Assembly (NCBI GenBank): GCA_963845145.1
Contig: CAWJQU010000005.1
Coordinates: forward strand, 672,001-736,000
Reading direction: 5' to 3'
Source: an uncultured delta proteobacterium
Lineage (GTDB): Bacteria > Desulfobacterota > Desulfobacteria > Desulfobacterales > QNYZ01
DNA: 64,000 nucleotides
The position numbers and the translations under genes are program-made. Every line of letters starts with the position of its first letter. The stretch's first letter is position 1. Shown one piece after another: positions 1-9,165 of the stretch. The notes below the pieces were generated by a model, which was given only the letters and a program-made list of their open reading frames with translations, ran no database searches and was not told the origin of the DNA.

Positions 1-129
1 GATACGCTTAAGAAAAATATTCACCACTGAGCACGCGGAGTGCGCGGAGAAAAGATTACTACGAATAGCAATGATACTCTCTCTGCGATTTTTGCGATTA
101 AGTAGGCACGAGACAGGAGCAAACTGATT

Positions 130-1458
130 ATGAGTAGTGACTCAGGCAATGTGTTTCCCCGGCGGCTGGACGCGCCCCTGCCCAAAGCCGCCAGGGCCGA
201 GGGCGTATGGATCGAAGATGATCAGGGAAAGCGCTATATCGATGCCAGCGGAGGTGCCGTCGTTGTCAATTTGGGACATGGCCGCGAAGAGATCGCCCAG
301 GCGGTATACGACCAGATCATCTCCCACCACTATGTCCATCCCACCATGTTTACCACGCCGGCGGTTGAGGCGTTGGCCGCTCGTCTGGCTGAAATAGCGC
401 CGGGAGAAATTGACCGTTTCTACTTTATGTCCAGTGGGTCGGAAGCTGTGGAAACGGCCGTCAAATTGGCCCGCCAGGTTCACCTGGCCAATGGACAACC
501 GGAACGGTTCAAAGTTCTTTCCCGCTGGAAATCTTACCACGGGTTAACCCTGGGAGCGCTCTCCGTCACCGGCCGCACGGTTTTTCGGGCCCCTTTTGCC
601 CCCATGCTGGACACCTTCACCCATCATATTCCGCCGCCTTACTGCCTGCGCTGTTCCTATGGGCTAATCCATCCAGGCTGTAATTTGAAATGTGCCCGGG
701 CCCTGGAAGAGACGCTTCTTAATCTGGGTCCCCAAACGGTCTCGGCCTTTGTGGGCGAAACGGTCAGCGGCGGCACCCTGGCGGCCTATCCGCCGCCGGA
801 AGGGTATTGGCGTACCATTCGTGACATCTGTAACCGCTATGGGATCTTGCTGATTTTAGATGAAGTCTTGTGTGGCATGGGACGCACCGGTCGCTGGTTT
901 GCCTGTCAGCATGACGCGGTGGTGCCGGATATAATTACCCTGGGCAAGGGGTTGACCGGGGGCGTTGTGCCCATGTCGGCGGTGGGGATTACCGGGCCCC
1001 ATTTCGATGCGATCCGGCAAAGCCCTGGTGGTTTTGCCCATGGCGGGACCTATTCTCACCACCCGGTGGGGGCGGCCGCTGCAATAAAAGTGATGGATAT
1101 TATCGAAAGCGAAGACCTGATCCGGCGGGTTGAGAAATATGGCTTGTTTTTAGGCGCAACCTTAAAGGATCGCCTCCATGATCTTCCCTGGGTGGGCGAT
1201 ATTCGGGGTATCGGATTTTTATGGGGGGTGGAGCTGGTGGCCGATCAAAAAACGCTGGCGCCCTTTCCACGCAAGGATCGAATCACCGAAAAAATCTGGG
1301 ATGCACTGTTCGCGAAGGGCATTATCGTTTATAAATCCACGGGGCTGGCCGGCGTCGACGGCGACGCCCTGATTGTGGCCCCGCCGTTTATCATGGAAAA
1401 AGAGGACATCGTCCGGGTAGCCGACACAATGCGGCAAACCATCAAGGAAGTGATTTAG
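130..1458 (+). CDS. Class-III PLP-dependent aminotransferase
   Basis: Motifs SGSEAVETAVK, SYHG, ILDEVLCGMGRTG, PDIITLGKG (PLP lysine) and HGGTY. Confidence 0.93.
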   Translation: MSSDSGNVFPRRLDAPLPKAARAEGVWIEDDQGKRYIDASGGAVVVNLGHGREEIAQAVYDQIISHHYVHPTMFTTPAVEALAARLAEIAPGEIDRFYFMSSGSEAVETAVKLARQVHLANGQPERFKVLSRWKSYHGLTLGALSVTGRTVFRAPFAPMLDTFTHHIPPPYCLRCSYGLIHPGCNLKCARALEETLLNLGPQTVSAFVGETVSGGTLAAYPPPEGYWRTIRDICNRYGILLILDEVLCGMGRTGRWFACQHDAVVPDIITLGKGLTGGVVPMSAVGITGPHFDAIRQSPGGFAHGGTYSHHPVGAAAAIKVMDIIESEDLIRRVEKYGLFLGATLKDRLHDLPWVGDIRGIGFLWGVELVADQKTLAPFPRKDRITEKIWDALFAKGIIVYKSTGLAGVDGDALIVAPPFIMEKEDIVRVADTMRQTIKEVI

Positions 1459-1462
1459 ACAA

Positions 1463-1480
1463 CTTTTTACGACGCCATCA
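1463..1480. repeat. Isolated right-end remnant of the TGATG..CATCA MITE family
   Basis: CTTTTTACGACGCCATCA is identical to the right end of the element at 20241-20393. Confidence 0.55.
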
Positions 1481-1502
1481 TATTTTGGGAGAATGTAAAA
1501 CC

Positions 1503-2312
1503 ATGTCCAAACTGATCATTACCGTGGCCCCCACCGGCTCGCTACCAACAAAAAAGATGAATCCCCATGTCCCCATCACGCCGGAAGAGATCATCGAGAC
1601 CGGTGTTCGTTGCGAAAAGCTGGGCGCTTCCATCATCCATGTCCATGCCCGCAATCCAGCGGACGAATCGCCGTCCACCGATTATGCCATTTTCGAGGAA
1701 ATATATAACGGTCTTAAATCACGCACCCGACTGATCATTCAGATATCTACCGGCGGGCGGGCGGGGACGTCTTACGCGGAACGCAACGAGCGGTTAAAGC
1801 TATCCCCCGAAATGGCCAGTCTCACGACCGGCTCGGTCAATTTTCCCAATTCGGTATATGCCAACAGCCCGGATCTTATCGAATCCCTGGCAGCGGATAT
1901 GCAGCGCCTCAAGATTAAGCCGGAGATGGAGATTTTCGATACCGGCATGGTCAATAACGCCTTGAATCTGGTAAAAAAAGAGTTGGCTACACCGCCGCTT
2001 CATTTCGATTTTGTATTGGGCTTGAAAGGCGCTCTGCCGGCTACCATCGAGAATCTGGTACACTTAAAAAATTCGATTCCCAAAAACGCGACCTGGACAG
2101 TCGCAGGTATCGGGCCCGCACAATTGCCCATGGCCACCCACGCCATCCTGATGGGCGGGCACGTAAGGGTGGGATTGGAAGACAACATTTTTTATGAAAA
2201 AGGCGACCTGGCCAGCAATGAGCGACTCGTGGAACGAATGGTCGACCTGTCGAATATTTTGGGCCGGCCGGTGGCCACACCCGATGAAGCACGAAATCTG
2301 CTCAAATTGTAA
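1503..2312 (+). CDS. kce: 3-keto-5-aminohexanoate cleavage enzyme family (BKACE/DUF849)
   Basis: KLIITVAPTG start, HVHAR Zn motif, QISTGG, SLTTGSVNF, GGHVRVGLED; ATG 1503 preferred over TTG 1485. Confidence 0.9.
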   Translation: MSKLIITVAPTGSLPTKKMNPHVPITPEEIIETGVRCEKLGASIIHVHARNPADESPSTDYAIFEEIYNGLKSRTRLIIQISTGGRAGTSYAERNERLKLSPEMASLTTGSVNFPNSVYANSPDLIESLAADMQRLKIKPEMEIFDTGMVNNALNLVKKELATPPLHFDFVLGLKGALPATIENLVHLKNSIPKNATWTVAGIGPAQLPMATHAILMGGHVRVGLEDNIFYEKGDLASNERLVERMVDLSNILGRPVATPDEARNLLKL

Positions 2313-2326
2313 AGGAGGAGTACCGC

Positions 2327-2554
2327 ATGGGAGAAATACGTATGACAACGGAAGTTCGAACGGACTATGACTGCGAAACAACCGGTCTGCCGGCCGAGCG
2401 TTGGGGGGAAGCGGTGTTTAAAATCGGTGATGAAGAAATTGTCATGGAAGTGAGTGTCGAAAAAGATATCATGGTATCCATGATGGTAGATGAAAAAACA
2501 ACCTGGCGAGGGACACTAAAAGGTTTGAAACAGTTAATCCAGAGTACCTTATAG
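2327..2554 (+). CDS. Small hypothetical protein
   Basis: Strong RBS AAGGAGGA; tightly packed between kce and the CheD-HDOD gene. Confidence 0.7.
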   Translation: MGEIRMTTEVRTDYDCETTGLPAERWGEAVFKIGDEEIVMEVSVEKDIMVSMMVDEKTTWRGTLKGLKQLIQSTL

Positions 2555-2555
2555 G

Positions 2556-3920
2556 ATGATTATGCAACATTTACAGCGTCACGAAGTTTCTGTCGGAAAT
2601 TACTACGTGAGTAACTCGAAACCTTTGATTTTAGAGGCTTCATTGGGTACCTGCGTTGGGGTGGCCCTCTATGATCAGAAAAACGGAATCGGTGGGCTGA
2701 GCCATTTGATGCTCGAAAAGCCACCCGTTTTTCCAGGCGACTTCAAGCCGGAGAAATATGCCTCAACGGGGTTGCCGATTTTTTTTGATGCGCTGTTGGA
2801 TGCGGGTGCTTCACCCGAGAATCTCATTGCCGCGATCGCCGGTGGTTCCCTTATCGGTCCTTTGAAGGAATATGATTTGGATTTTGACATCGGCGGGAGA
2901 ACCGTTGAGTGCGTGATGGAATTTCTCGCCAAAAAACGGATACCCCTCAACATATCAGAAACCGGCGGTTTTTTCGCCTGCTTTTTAAATCTCAATCTGC
3001 AAACCTGGGCATGCACCATAAAACCGGCCGGACATGTAAAACTAGCCGCACCTGGGCGCAGCCAGATACCGACGGCAAAAGAAATCAACCGTTCAATACG
3101 GAACTTGCAACCCATTCCTCAGGTCGCCCTGAAAATGTTGCGGCTCATTAATGAAGACAACTACGATACCCATAAGCTAACCACCGAAATTCGGAAGGAC
3201 CAGGTCATCGCAGCGCGTACAATTAACCTTTGCAACTCCGTTTTTTATGGAAGCCCCAATGAAATCGAAACCGTGGATCATGCCCTGGTCTATCTGGGTC
3301 AAAACAGGTTGATCAAGTTTGTCATATCCGCATCCTTAAAAACGTTCTTCAGTCAAGCCGGTATGGGGTACTCCCTCTGTAAAGGCGGCATTTATAATCA
3401 TGCCCTCGGCACGGCCATCATCGCCGAAAAACTCGCCCAGGCAACGGAAAAAGTGAGCCCGACATTGGCCTACACCGGCGGGTTGTTGCATGACATCGGA
3501 AAGGTCGTCTTGGACCAATTTATCCAAGCCGTTTTCCCGCTTTTTTATCGAAACGTATACGAAGAAAAAAAAGATTCCTTAGACGTTGAAAAAGCCACGT
3601 TTGGTACCGACCACACCCGTGCGGGCGACGCCCTTGCCGAACAATATTCACTTCCCGATTCGCTGCGGGAAACCATAAACCACCACCATAAGCCGGAAGA
3701 TGCCGCTTATAATAAAGATCTGGTACACCATGTGTACCTGGCCGACCTGCTGATGTCCCGATTCCACACCGGTCTAGAGGTCGAGCGCATAAATACTGAT
3801 GCGTTGTCCGAAAGACTCGAGACCATTGGGTTTTCAATAAAATTATTTTCGGAGATTGTCGATATGATTCCCATCAAAGTATTGCAATCATCCCCGGAGA
3901 TGGCTTTGATGGGCGATTAA
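2556..3920 (+). CDS. CheD-like domain fused to HDOD signalling domain
   Basis: N-terminal LGTCVGV / SHLML / KYA / IAGG CheD motifs; C-terminal HDOD with LQPIPQVA, KDQVIAAR, GLLHDIGK, HHH. Confidence 0.88.
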   Translation: MIMQHLQRHEVSVGNYYVSNSKPLILEASLGTCVGVALYDQKNGIGGLSHLMLEKPPVFPGDFKPEKYASTGLPIFFDALLDAGASPENLIAAIAGGSLIGPLKEYDLDFDIGGRTVECVMEFLAKKRIPLNISETGGFFACFLNLNLQTWACTIKPAGHVKLAAPGRSQIPTAKEINRSIRNLQPIPQVALKMLRLINEDNYDTHKLTTEIRKDQVIAARTINLCNSVFYGSPNEIETVDHALVYLGQNRLIKFVISASLKTFFSQAGMGYSLCKGGIYNHALGTAIIAEKLAQATEKVSPTLAYTGGLLHDIGKVVLDQFIQAVFPLFYRNVYEEKKDSLDVEKATFGTDHTRAGDALAEQYSLPDSLRETINHHHKPEDAAYNKDLVHHVYLADLLMSRFHTGLEVERINTDALSERLETIGFSIKLFSEIVDMIPIKVLQSSPEMALMGD

Positions 3921-4152
3921 TGTTTGCGGAGGATTCAATCAAGCCATTGTCGGGAATGATGTTATGGTATGAATTGGTGAGAAAACATACCTGCGAGGGA
4001 CGCGAAAGGGTCTGAAGTAATGGATCAGGAGATGATCCAATTTGAAATATTGGTGATTATACGGTTTCTGTTTATTTTGAATATGCGTTGGATAACAAGG
4101 TAGGTTTTCTTAAAGTTATACTTATTTATTATCGAGAGCTCAAAAATATGAC

Positions 4153-4219
4153 GTCTAACACCGTTCCGCTCAACTCCACTCGGACTCGCTTAAACGCGCC
4201 GGTTATCTTTACATTATAA
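4153..4219 (+). other. Degenerate attC-like site
   Basis: GTCTAAC (RYYYAAC); right half CCGGTTATCTTTACATTAT resembles that of the 14859-14908 site. Confidence 0.4.
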
Positions 4220-4239
4220 TTAGGAAATAAAATACAAAT

Positions 4240-4743
4240 ATGCCATTTACACCATTTCATTTTGGGCTAAGCGCTTGTCTGGCATTACCTTTGAATAGAT
4301 ATATTGATTTACCTGTCTTTGTATTAGCCAATGTAGCTATCGACATAGAGCCTTTAGTTGTAATGCTATTTGACTTTTCCTACCCACTTCATGGATATGC
4401 ACATACACTCCTTGGAGCAACAATTATTGGTATCGCGAGTGGGGTTATAGCTAATTATGCAAAGAATCCTCTTACTTTTGTAATAAAAACGATGTTGAGG
4501 TTGCCATATAGTAATTCATTAAAGAAATATGTTTTTTCTGGTGTTTTAGGAACATGGCTTCATATTTTATTGGATTCTACATTGTATACAGACATCAAGC
4601 CATTTTATCCCTTTAGTGGTAACTCGCTTTTCGGGATTGTTCAAAGTAGCACAATGTATAAATACTGTGCTATAGCTTTTATTCCAGCAATAGTACTATA
4701 TTTTTTACTCGTAACTATAGAAAATAAAAGAAAAACATTATAA
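4240..4743 (+). CDS. Membrane metal-dependent hydrolase-like protein (YdjM/DUF4184-like)
   Basis: MPFTPFH start, DIEP, LHGYAHT, LHILLD motifs; hydrophobic segments. Confidence 0.78.
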   Translation: MPFTPFHFGLSACLALPLNRYIDLPVFVLANVAIDIEPLVVMLFDFSYPLHGYAHTLLGATIIGIASGVIANYAKNPLTFVIKTMLRLPYSNSLKKYVFSGVLGTWLHILLDSTLYTDIKPFYPFSGNSLFGIVQSSTMYKYCAIAFIPAIVLYFLLVTIENKRKTL

Positions 4744-4751
4744 TAAGTCTT

Positions 4752-4831
4752 GTTGGGTTGAGATACGAAACCCAACGCAAATATGGCATCACGTGTGATT
4801 GTTGGGTTTCGTTGCGTTCTATCCAACCTAC
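4752..4831. repeat. GTAG-type REP doublet (REPIN-like): two inverted GTTGGGT..ACCCAAC hairpins
   Basis: GTTGGGTTGAGATACGAAACCCAAC ... GTTGGGTTTCGTTGCGTTCTATCCAACCTAC; second copy at 5699. Confidence 0.7.
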
Positions 4832-4899
4832 GCAGCTTGTTAGCCGCAAAGGTATGACAGCATCGTTAATGCAAAGCATTTCACAAATTGAGAGGTGTC

Positions 4900-5295
4900 A
4901 TGATAAATACAGTAGAAACATCCACTCCAGCTAATACACCCGACCCCATAGGACCTTACAATCACATCGCAAAGGTCGGTCCGTTTATCAGCATCGGCGG
5001 AACCGCTGGGGTAAACCCGGCTACCGGTCAACTGGCTGGAGCGAATGTATATTCGCAAACAAAGCAGATTATAGCGTCATTTGAAACGATGCTGCACTCA
5101 GTTGGTTCAGACTTGAATCAAGTAATCCACGTAAACATATTCTTAGATAGCATGAAAGATTTCGACGAAATCAACCGGGCCTATATCGAGATGATGGGTG
5201 ACCACCGTCCCGCACGAACAGTAATTGGAGTGAGTGAGCTCCCGAAACCCGGAGTGTTGCTCACAATGAATCTGACCGCCGTTACGACCGAATGA
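4900..5295 (+). CDS. RidA/YjgF/YER057c/UK114 family protein
   Basis: PDPIGPYNH, VIHVNIFL, RPARTVIGVSELP; RBS GAGG before ATG 4900. Confidence 0.88.
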   Translation: MINTVETSTPANTPDPIGPYNHIAKVGPFISIGGTAGVNPATGQLAGANVYSQTKQIIASFETMLHSVGSDLNQVIHVNIFLDSMKDFDEINRAYIEMMGDHRPARTVIGVSELPKPGVLLTMNLTAVTTE

Positions 5296-5305
5296 TTATT
5301 GAAAA

Positions 5306-5343
5306 GCGTAAAAAACGCGCCCGTCTCAACTCAATCGTTACCA
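5306..5343 (+). other. Right half of an attC-like site
   Basis: GCGTAAAAAACGC hairpin loop, then GCCCGTCTCAACTCAATCGTTA ending in a GTT core. Confidence 0.45.
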
Positions 5344-5405
5344 GATAAATATGCATGCAATTCATTGGACTCGTCCATCTAATCATTAGGGGGTACATCA
5401 ATCAT

Positions 5406-5648
5406 ATGATTCATCCATACGACAATTCAACGCAGACACGCTGGGACCGCGGCGAGTTCAAGGTTCAACTCAATCAGCAAAATAATTCTCGTCCCATTGG
5501 GTTTTGTGACGGAAGCCCCGAGGACGTCACTGAGCTCCTCTCAATCGCCGAAGCCGAGGGCGGTTATGACGTAAAGATCCATAAGAAGATCCTCAAGACC
5601 GGGCGCGAGATATGGACCTTGGGTGGCCAAGGGAACCCCGGCGTTTAA
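5406..5648 (+). CDS. Small hypothetical protein
   Basis: ORF 5355-5648, probable start ATG 5406; lies between attC-like sites. Confidence 0.6.
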   Translation: MIHPYDNSTQTRWDRGEFKVQLNQQNNSRPIGFCDGSPEDVTELLSIAEAEGGYDVKIHKKILKTGREIWTLGGQGNPGV

Positions 5649-5698
5649 TAATTCCTTTTCTGTGATGCAAGCGGAAAACAGAAGAACTGTACAGTCTT

Positions 5699-5734
5699 GT
5701 AGGTTGGGTTGAGATACGAAACCCAACGCAAATA
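5699..5734 (+). repeat. Single GTAG-REP hairpin
   Basis: GTAGGTTGGGTTGAGATACGAAACCCAACGCAAATA, near-identical to the left arm at 4752. Confidence 0.7.
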
Positions 5735-5812
5735 CGGCTTCAAAGCTTTTAAACCGCCCCTCCTCTCCTTAGCCGTTATGCAAATGATGTTTTTACCCAG
5801 GAGCTAAAACTC

Positions 5813-6914
5813 ATGAACGGGAAAAAAAGAATCATTACCGCTCTTGAAATAAAGGAGCCGGATTACGTCCCCCTTTATATCCATGGCATTAATGAGGGTC
5901 CCATTATCGGGATTGGAAAACACCTCACTGACAGCCTTCCTGAACCTCAGGATTTCAGGCTCATGAATGATAATGATAAACTAAAACTTGTTGATACGCT
6001 TTTCATGATCCATGAGGCATTTGATATTGATGGTATTACCACATTTGAAATCGGCCATGAAACAAGGGTAGATGATCTCCATGTGAAAGATGGATTCGGT
6101 GTGATTTATAAACTGTCGAAACATGGCATCCCTGTGCCGGTTGGTCACCCTGTAAAAACCGCTGATGATTTAAAAAAATTCAAGCCCCCAAGGCCACGAA
6201 AGGAGGATCTCGGACTTCTTGAATCTGGCCATTGACCGATTTAAAGGTCAAAAGGCCAGCTTTTGGCTCATGCGGGGTTCTTTTGTTCGTTCCTGGCGCT
6301 TAATAGGCATGACAAATTTCATGATGAATATTTACAGCAACCCTGAATTTATCCACCGGGTCTCACAGATGATGTTGGAATTTAATCTTGCGCAGCTTGA
6401 TCTGCTGGTAAAAGCCGGACTTGATGTGCTGGTAATTGAAGATGATATCGCCTCAACCAACTGCCCTATGATATCTCCGGATCATTTTAAAACTTTTGTA
6501 AATCACTATAACAGGCAAATCGTTGACAAGGCCCATGAAAAGGGACTTAAGGTAGTCAGGCATTCTGATGGCAACCTATGGCCCCTTATGGATATCCTGC
6601 TTGAAACCGGTTACGATGGCATCAATCCTCTGGAACCCCAGGCAGGCATGGAGATGAAAAAACTAAAAGAGTACTGTGGTGACAGAATATGCCTTCTGGG
6701 TAATATTGACTGCGTAGATCTCTTGCCTTCCGGTACCCCAGACCAGGTTGAACAGGCTGTCATACAAACCATTAAAGACGGGGCAAAGGGTGGCGGCCTG
6801 ATTATCTGCTCTTCAAATTCCCTGCATCCGGGTGTTGATCCTGAAAACTGTATCGCCATGTTTAAAGCCGCGCGCAGGCATGGAAATTATAAAAAAGATT
6901 CCATAAATGGCTGA
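5813..6914 (+). pseudogene. Uroporphyrinogen decarboxylase / MtaA-CmuA family protein, split by a +1 frameshift near 6218
   Basis: N-terminal KKRIITALEIKEPDYVP; C-terminal EDDIAS, MISP, HSDGN, GNID, SSNSLH; joining the frames restores ..DLGL|LNLAIDRF. Confidence 0.8.
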
Positions 6915-8166
6915 CAAAAAATCCTGGACTATTTTCTGGTTGCTGTTTGGGCTCTACATGTTTGATTACATGGATCGCATGGTTATTGTCTCCCTTTTTC
7001 CCTATTTAAAACAGGAGATGGGGATGACCGATGCCCAATGCGGTCTAATGGTTTCTTCCGTTTATTGGTCGATTCTGATATTCTCTTTTCCCGTCTCGAT
7101 TCTTGTTGACCGATGGAGTCGAACAAAAAGTATTTCCATCATGGCTGCGCTTTGGAGCATGGCCACGCTATCCTGTGCATTTGCGAAAAATTTTCCACAG
7201 CTTCTTATCGCCAGGGCCGCCATTGGTATTGGCGAGGCAGGATATGCCCCCGGCGGAACAGCCATGCTTTCTGCCAGTTTCCCAAAAGAAAAAAGAGCGA
7301 GAATTCTTGGATTCTGGAATGCTTCGATTCCGCTTGGAAGTGCTCTTGGCATTGGGATCGGTGGATTTGTCGCTCATCATTTTGGCTGGCGGCATGCATT
7401 CGGACTTGTCGCCTTTCCCGGCCTTCTCCTGGCCGTATTTTTTTATTTTGTCAAAGATTATAAAACCATCGCGCTGACTAAAAAGGAAAAAACCGGCCAA
7501 GAAATAAAAATGCCGTTTACTGATATGATAAGGCAATTTACCCATAATCCGACCCTGCTCTGCAACAACCTCTCTTTTGCCTTGAATGTCTTTATAACCA
7601 CATCCCTTTTGACCTGGTTGCCGACATATTTTCATCGATTTGACAATCTTGCCATGGATAAGTCGAGTATGAAGGCCAGTTCCATCATGGTTCTTGCAAT
7701 TATTGGCGCTCCTTTGGGAGGCCTCCTGTCAGATCTGTGGATGAGAAAAAGAGAAAATGCCCGCCTTTTGTTCCCGGCAATATCATCCATCCTTACTGGC
7801 ATTCTACTTTTTTTCGCTTTTTCCTTTTTTCACGGGAAAATTCAATATCTTGTTCTGCTTCTCACCGGAATAACAGCTGTGGCCTTTGTGCCATCCTGCG
7901 TGGCTGTGACTCAGGATGTGGTGCACCCCGGGCTTCGGGCAGTTTCGTTAAGTTTGAATATCATCATCCAGCATCTACTGGGTTCAAGCCTTGCCCCTAT
8001 TGTAATTGGAAAATTATCGGACGGGTATGGCCTTGATAGGGCGCTTACAATTCTTCCCGTATTTGCCTTGCTTGCCGGGATCTTACTTTTTATTGGCTCC
8101 TTTTTTTATAAGAAAGATCTTTATGACGAACATTCTGCAGCTTTTGATAAAAATGATCCTGAATAG
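6907..8166 (+). CDS. MFS transporter (Spinster-like)
   Basis: DYMDRMVI, LVDRWSR, GIGEAGY motifs; about 12 hydrophobic segments. Confidence 0.9.
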   Translation: MADKKSWTIFWLLFGLYMFDYMDRMVIVSLFPYLKQEMGMTDAQCGLMVSSVYWSILIFSFPVSILVDRWSRTKSISIMAALWSMATLSCAFAKNFPQLLIARAAIGIGEAGYAPGGTAMLSASFPKEKRARILGFWNASIPLGSALGIGIGGFVAHHFGWRHAFGLVAFPGLLLAVFFYFVKDYKTIALTKKEKTGQEIKMPFTDMIRQFTHNPTLLCNNLSFALNVFITTSLLTWLPTYFHRFDNLAMDKSSMKASSIMVLAIIGAPLGGLLSDLWMRKRENARLLFPAISSILTGILLFFAFSFFHGKIQYLVLLLTGITAVAFVPSCVAVTQDVVHPGLRAVSLSLNIIIQHLLGSSLAPIVIGKLSDGYGLDRALTILPVFALLAGILLFIGSFFYKKDLYDEHSAAFDKNDPE

Positions 8167-8417
8167 CAAATGGGGCGGTGGAGTGGGGCCGAACCGAGGT
8201 AACATACCGTAACAAATTGGAATGCGCTAAAAAATACCCCTAAATATTGGACTATATCGTCCTTAAAGATTGTTGCCAATAAAGTAAAATTGATCATCCC
8301 TTCGATACTGAAAAGAAAAAATCTTAAAGATAATTATTTTAAAGCTCATATGAATGAGGTGGGAGACAGATGGTTCGTTTCATATATAGAATAACCATTA
8401 GTGAACAAAAATTGAAA

Positions 8418-8460
8418 CCTCAACAAGTAACATGCACCGGATTTCACCGGTGAGGTTTAA
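8418..8460 (+). other. Short degenerate attC-like site
   Basis: CCTCAAC..AACAT-G-CACCGG / CCGGTGAGGTT stem with one unpaired G. Confidence 0.5.
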
Positions 8461-8518
8461 AGTGCTACTCTATGATAAAAATGAAACTTTTTTAAACCTT
8501 GATTTTTGAATTTAATTC

Positions 8519-8562
8519 AGACATATTGTCATCACATATAATTAACTGGGGACAATATGTCT
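8519..8562. promoter_or_regulatory. Inverted-repeat operator upstream of abiEi
   Basis: AGACATATTGTC-N20-GACAATATGTCT, perfect 12-bp IR 9 nt before the start codon. Confidence 0.7.
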
Positions 8563-8571
8563 TGAGCGCTA

Positions 8572-9165
8572 ATGAAAAAAGATCCCAAAAAAATATTCCG
8601 TGAAAATGGTGGGCAGCTTCGTATGAACGAGGCGATCAAGCGTGGTATTTCCAGATATATGCTTTATAAGCTAAAAGATAAAGGTATTATAGAGCAGATA
8701 AGCAGGGGGGTTTATCGCCTTAAAGATCTACCTCCGATTAGCAACCCTGATCTGGTAACTGTCAGTCTTAGATTCCCGAATTCTGTGATTTGCCTTATCT
8801 CGGCACTGGCGTTTCATGGAATCACGACCCAGATTCCACATTCAGTTTCAGTGGCAATACCAAGAGGATCAAGGCCTCCTTCTCTTGACTACCCTCCTGT
8901 GCAACCACATCAATTTTCAGGAAATGCTTATAGTACAGGCATTGAAACGCTTTTGATTGATGAGGTTCCTATAAAAATTTACAGTATGGAAAAAACACTG
9001 GCCGACTGTTTTAAATTTCGAAATAAAATTGGTATGGATATTGTTCTGGAAGCTTTCAAACTCTATCGAGAAAGAAAAAAAACGGATCTGACCAAGCTGA
9101 TCAAATATGGAAAAATCTGTAGGGTTAATAGAGTGATGATGCCATATTTAGAGGCACTTGCATGA
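8572..9165 (+). CDS. abiEi: Type IV TA antitoxin, AbiEi family
   Basis: wHTH with ISRGVY, ICLISALAFHGITTQIP, EKTLADCF; coupled (ATGA) to the downstream toxin. Confidence 0.88.
   Translation: MKKDPKKIFRENGGQLRMNEAIKRGISRYMLYKLKDKGIIEQISRGVYRLKDLPPISNPDLVTVSLRFPNSVICLISALAFHGITTQIPHSVSVAIPRGSRPPSLDYPPVQPHQFSGNAYSTGIETLLIDEVPIKIYSMEKTLADCFKFRNKIGMDIVLEAFKLYRERKKTDLTKLIKYGKICRVNRVMMPYLEALA

Noticed and set aside
20..100. CACGCGGAGTGCGCGGAG..CTCTCTGCG repeat-like element
   Set aside because: Single degenerate occurrence at the window edge; cannot be supported without other copies.
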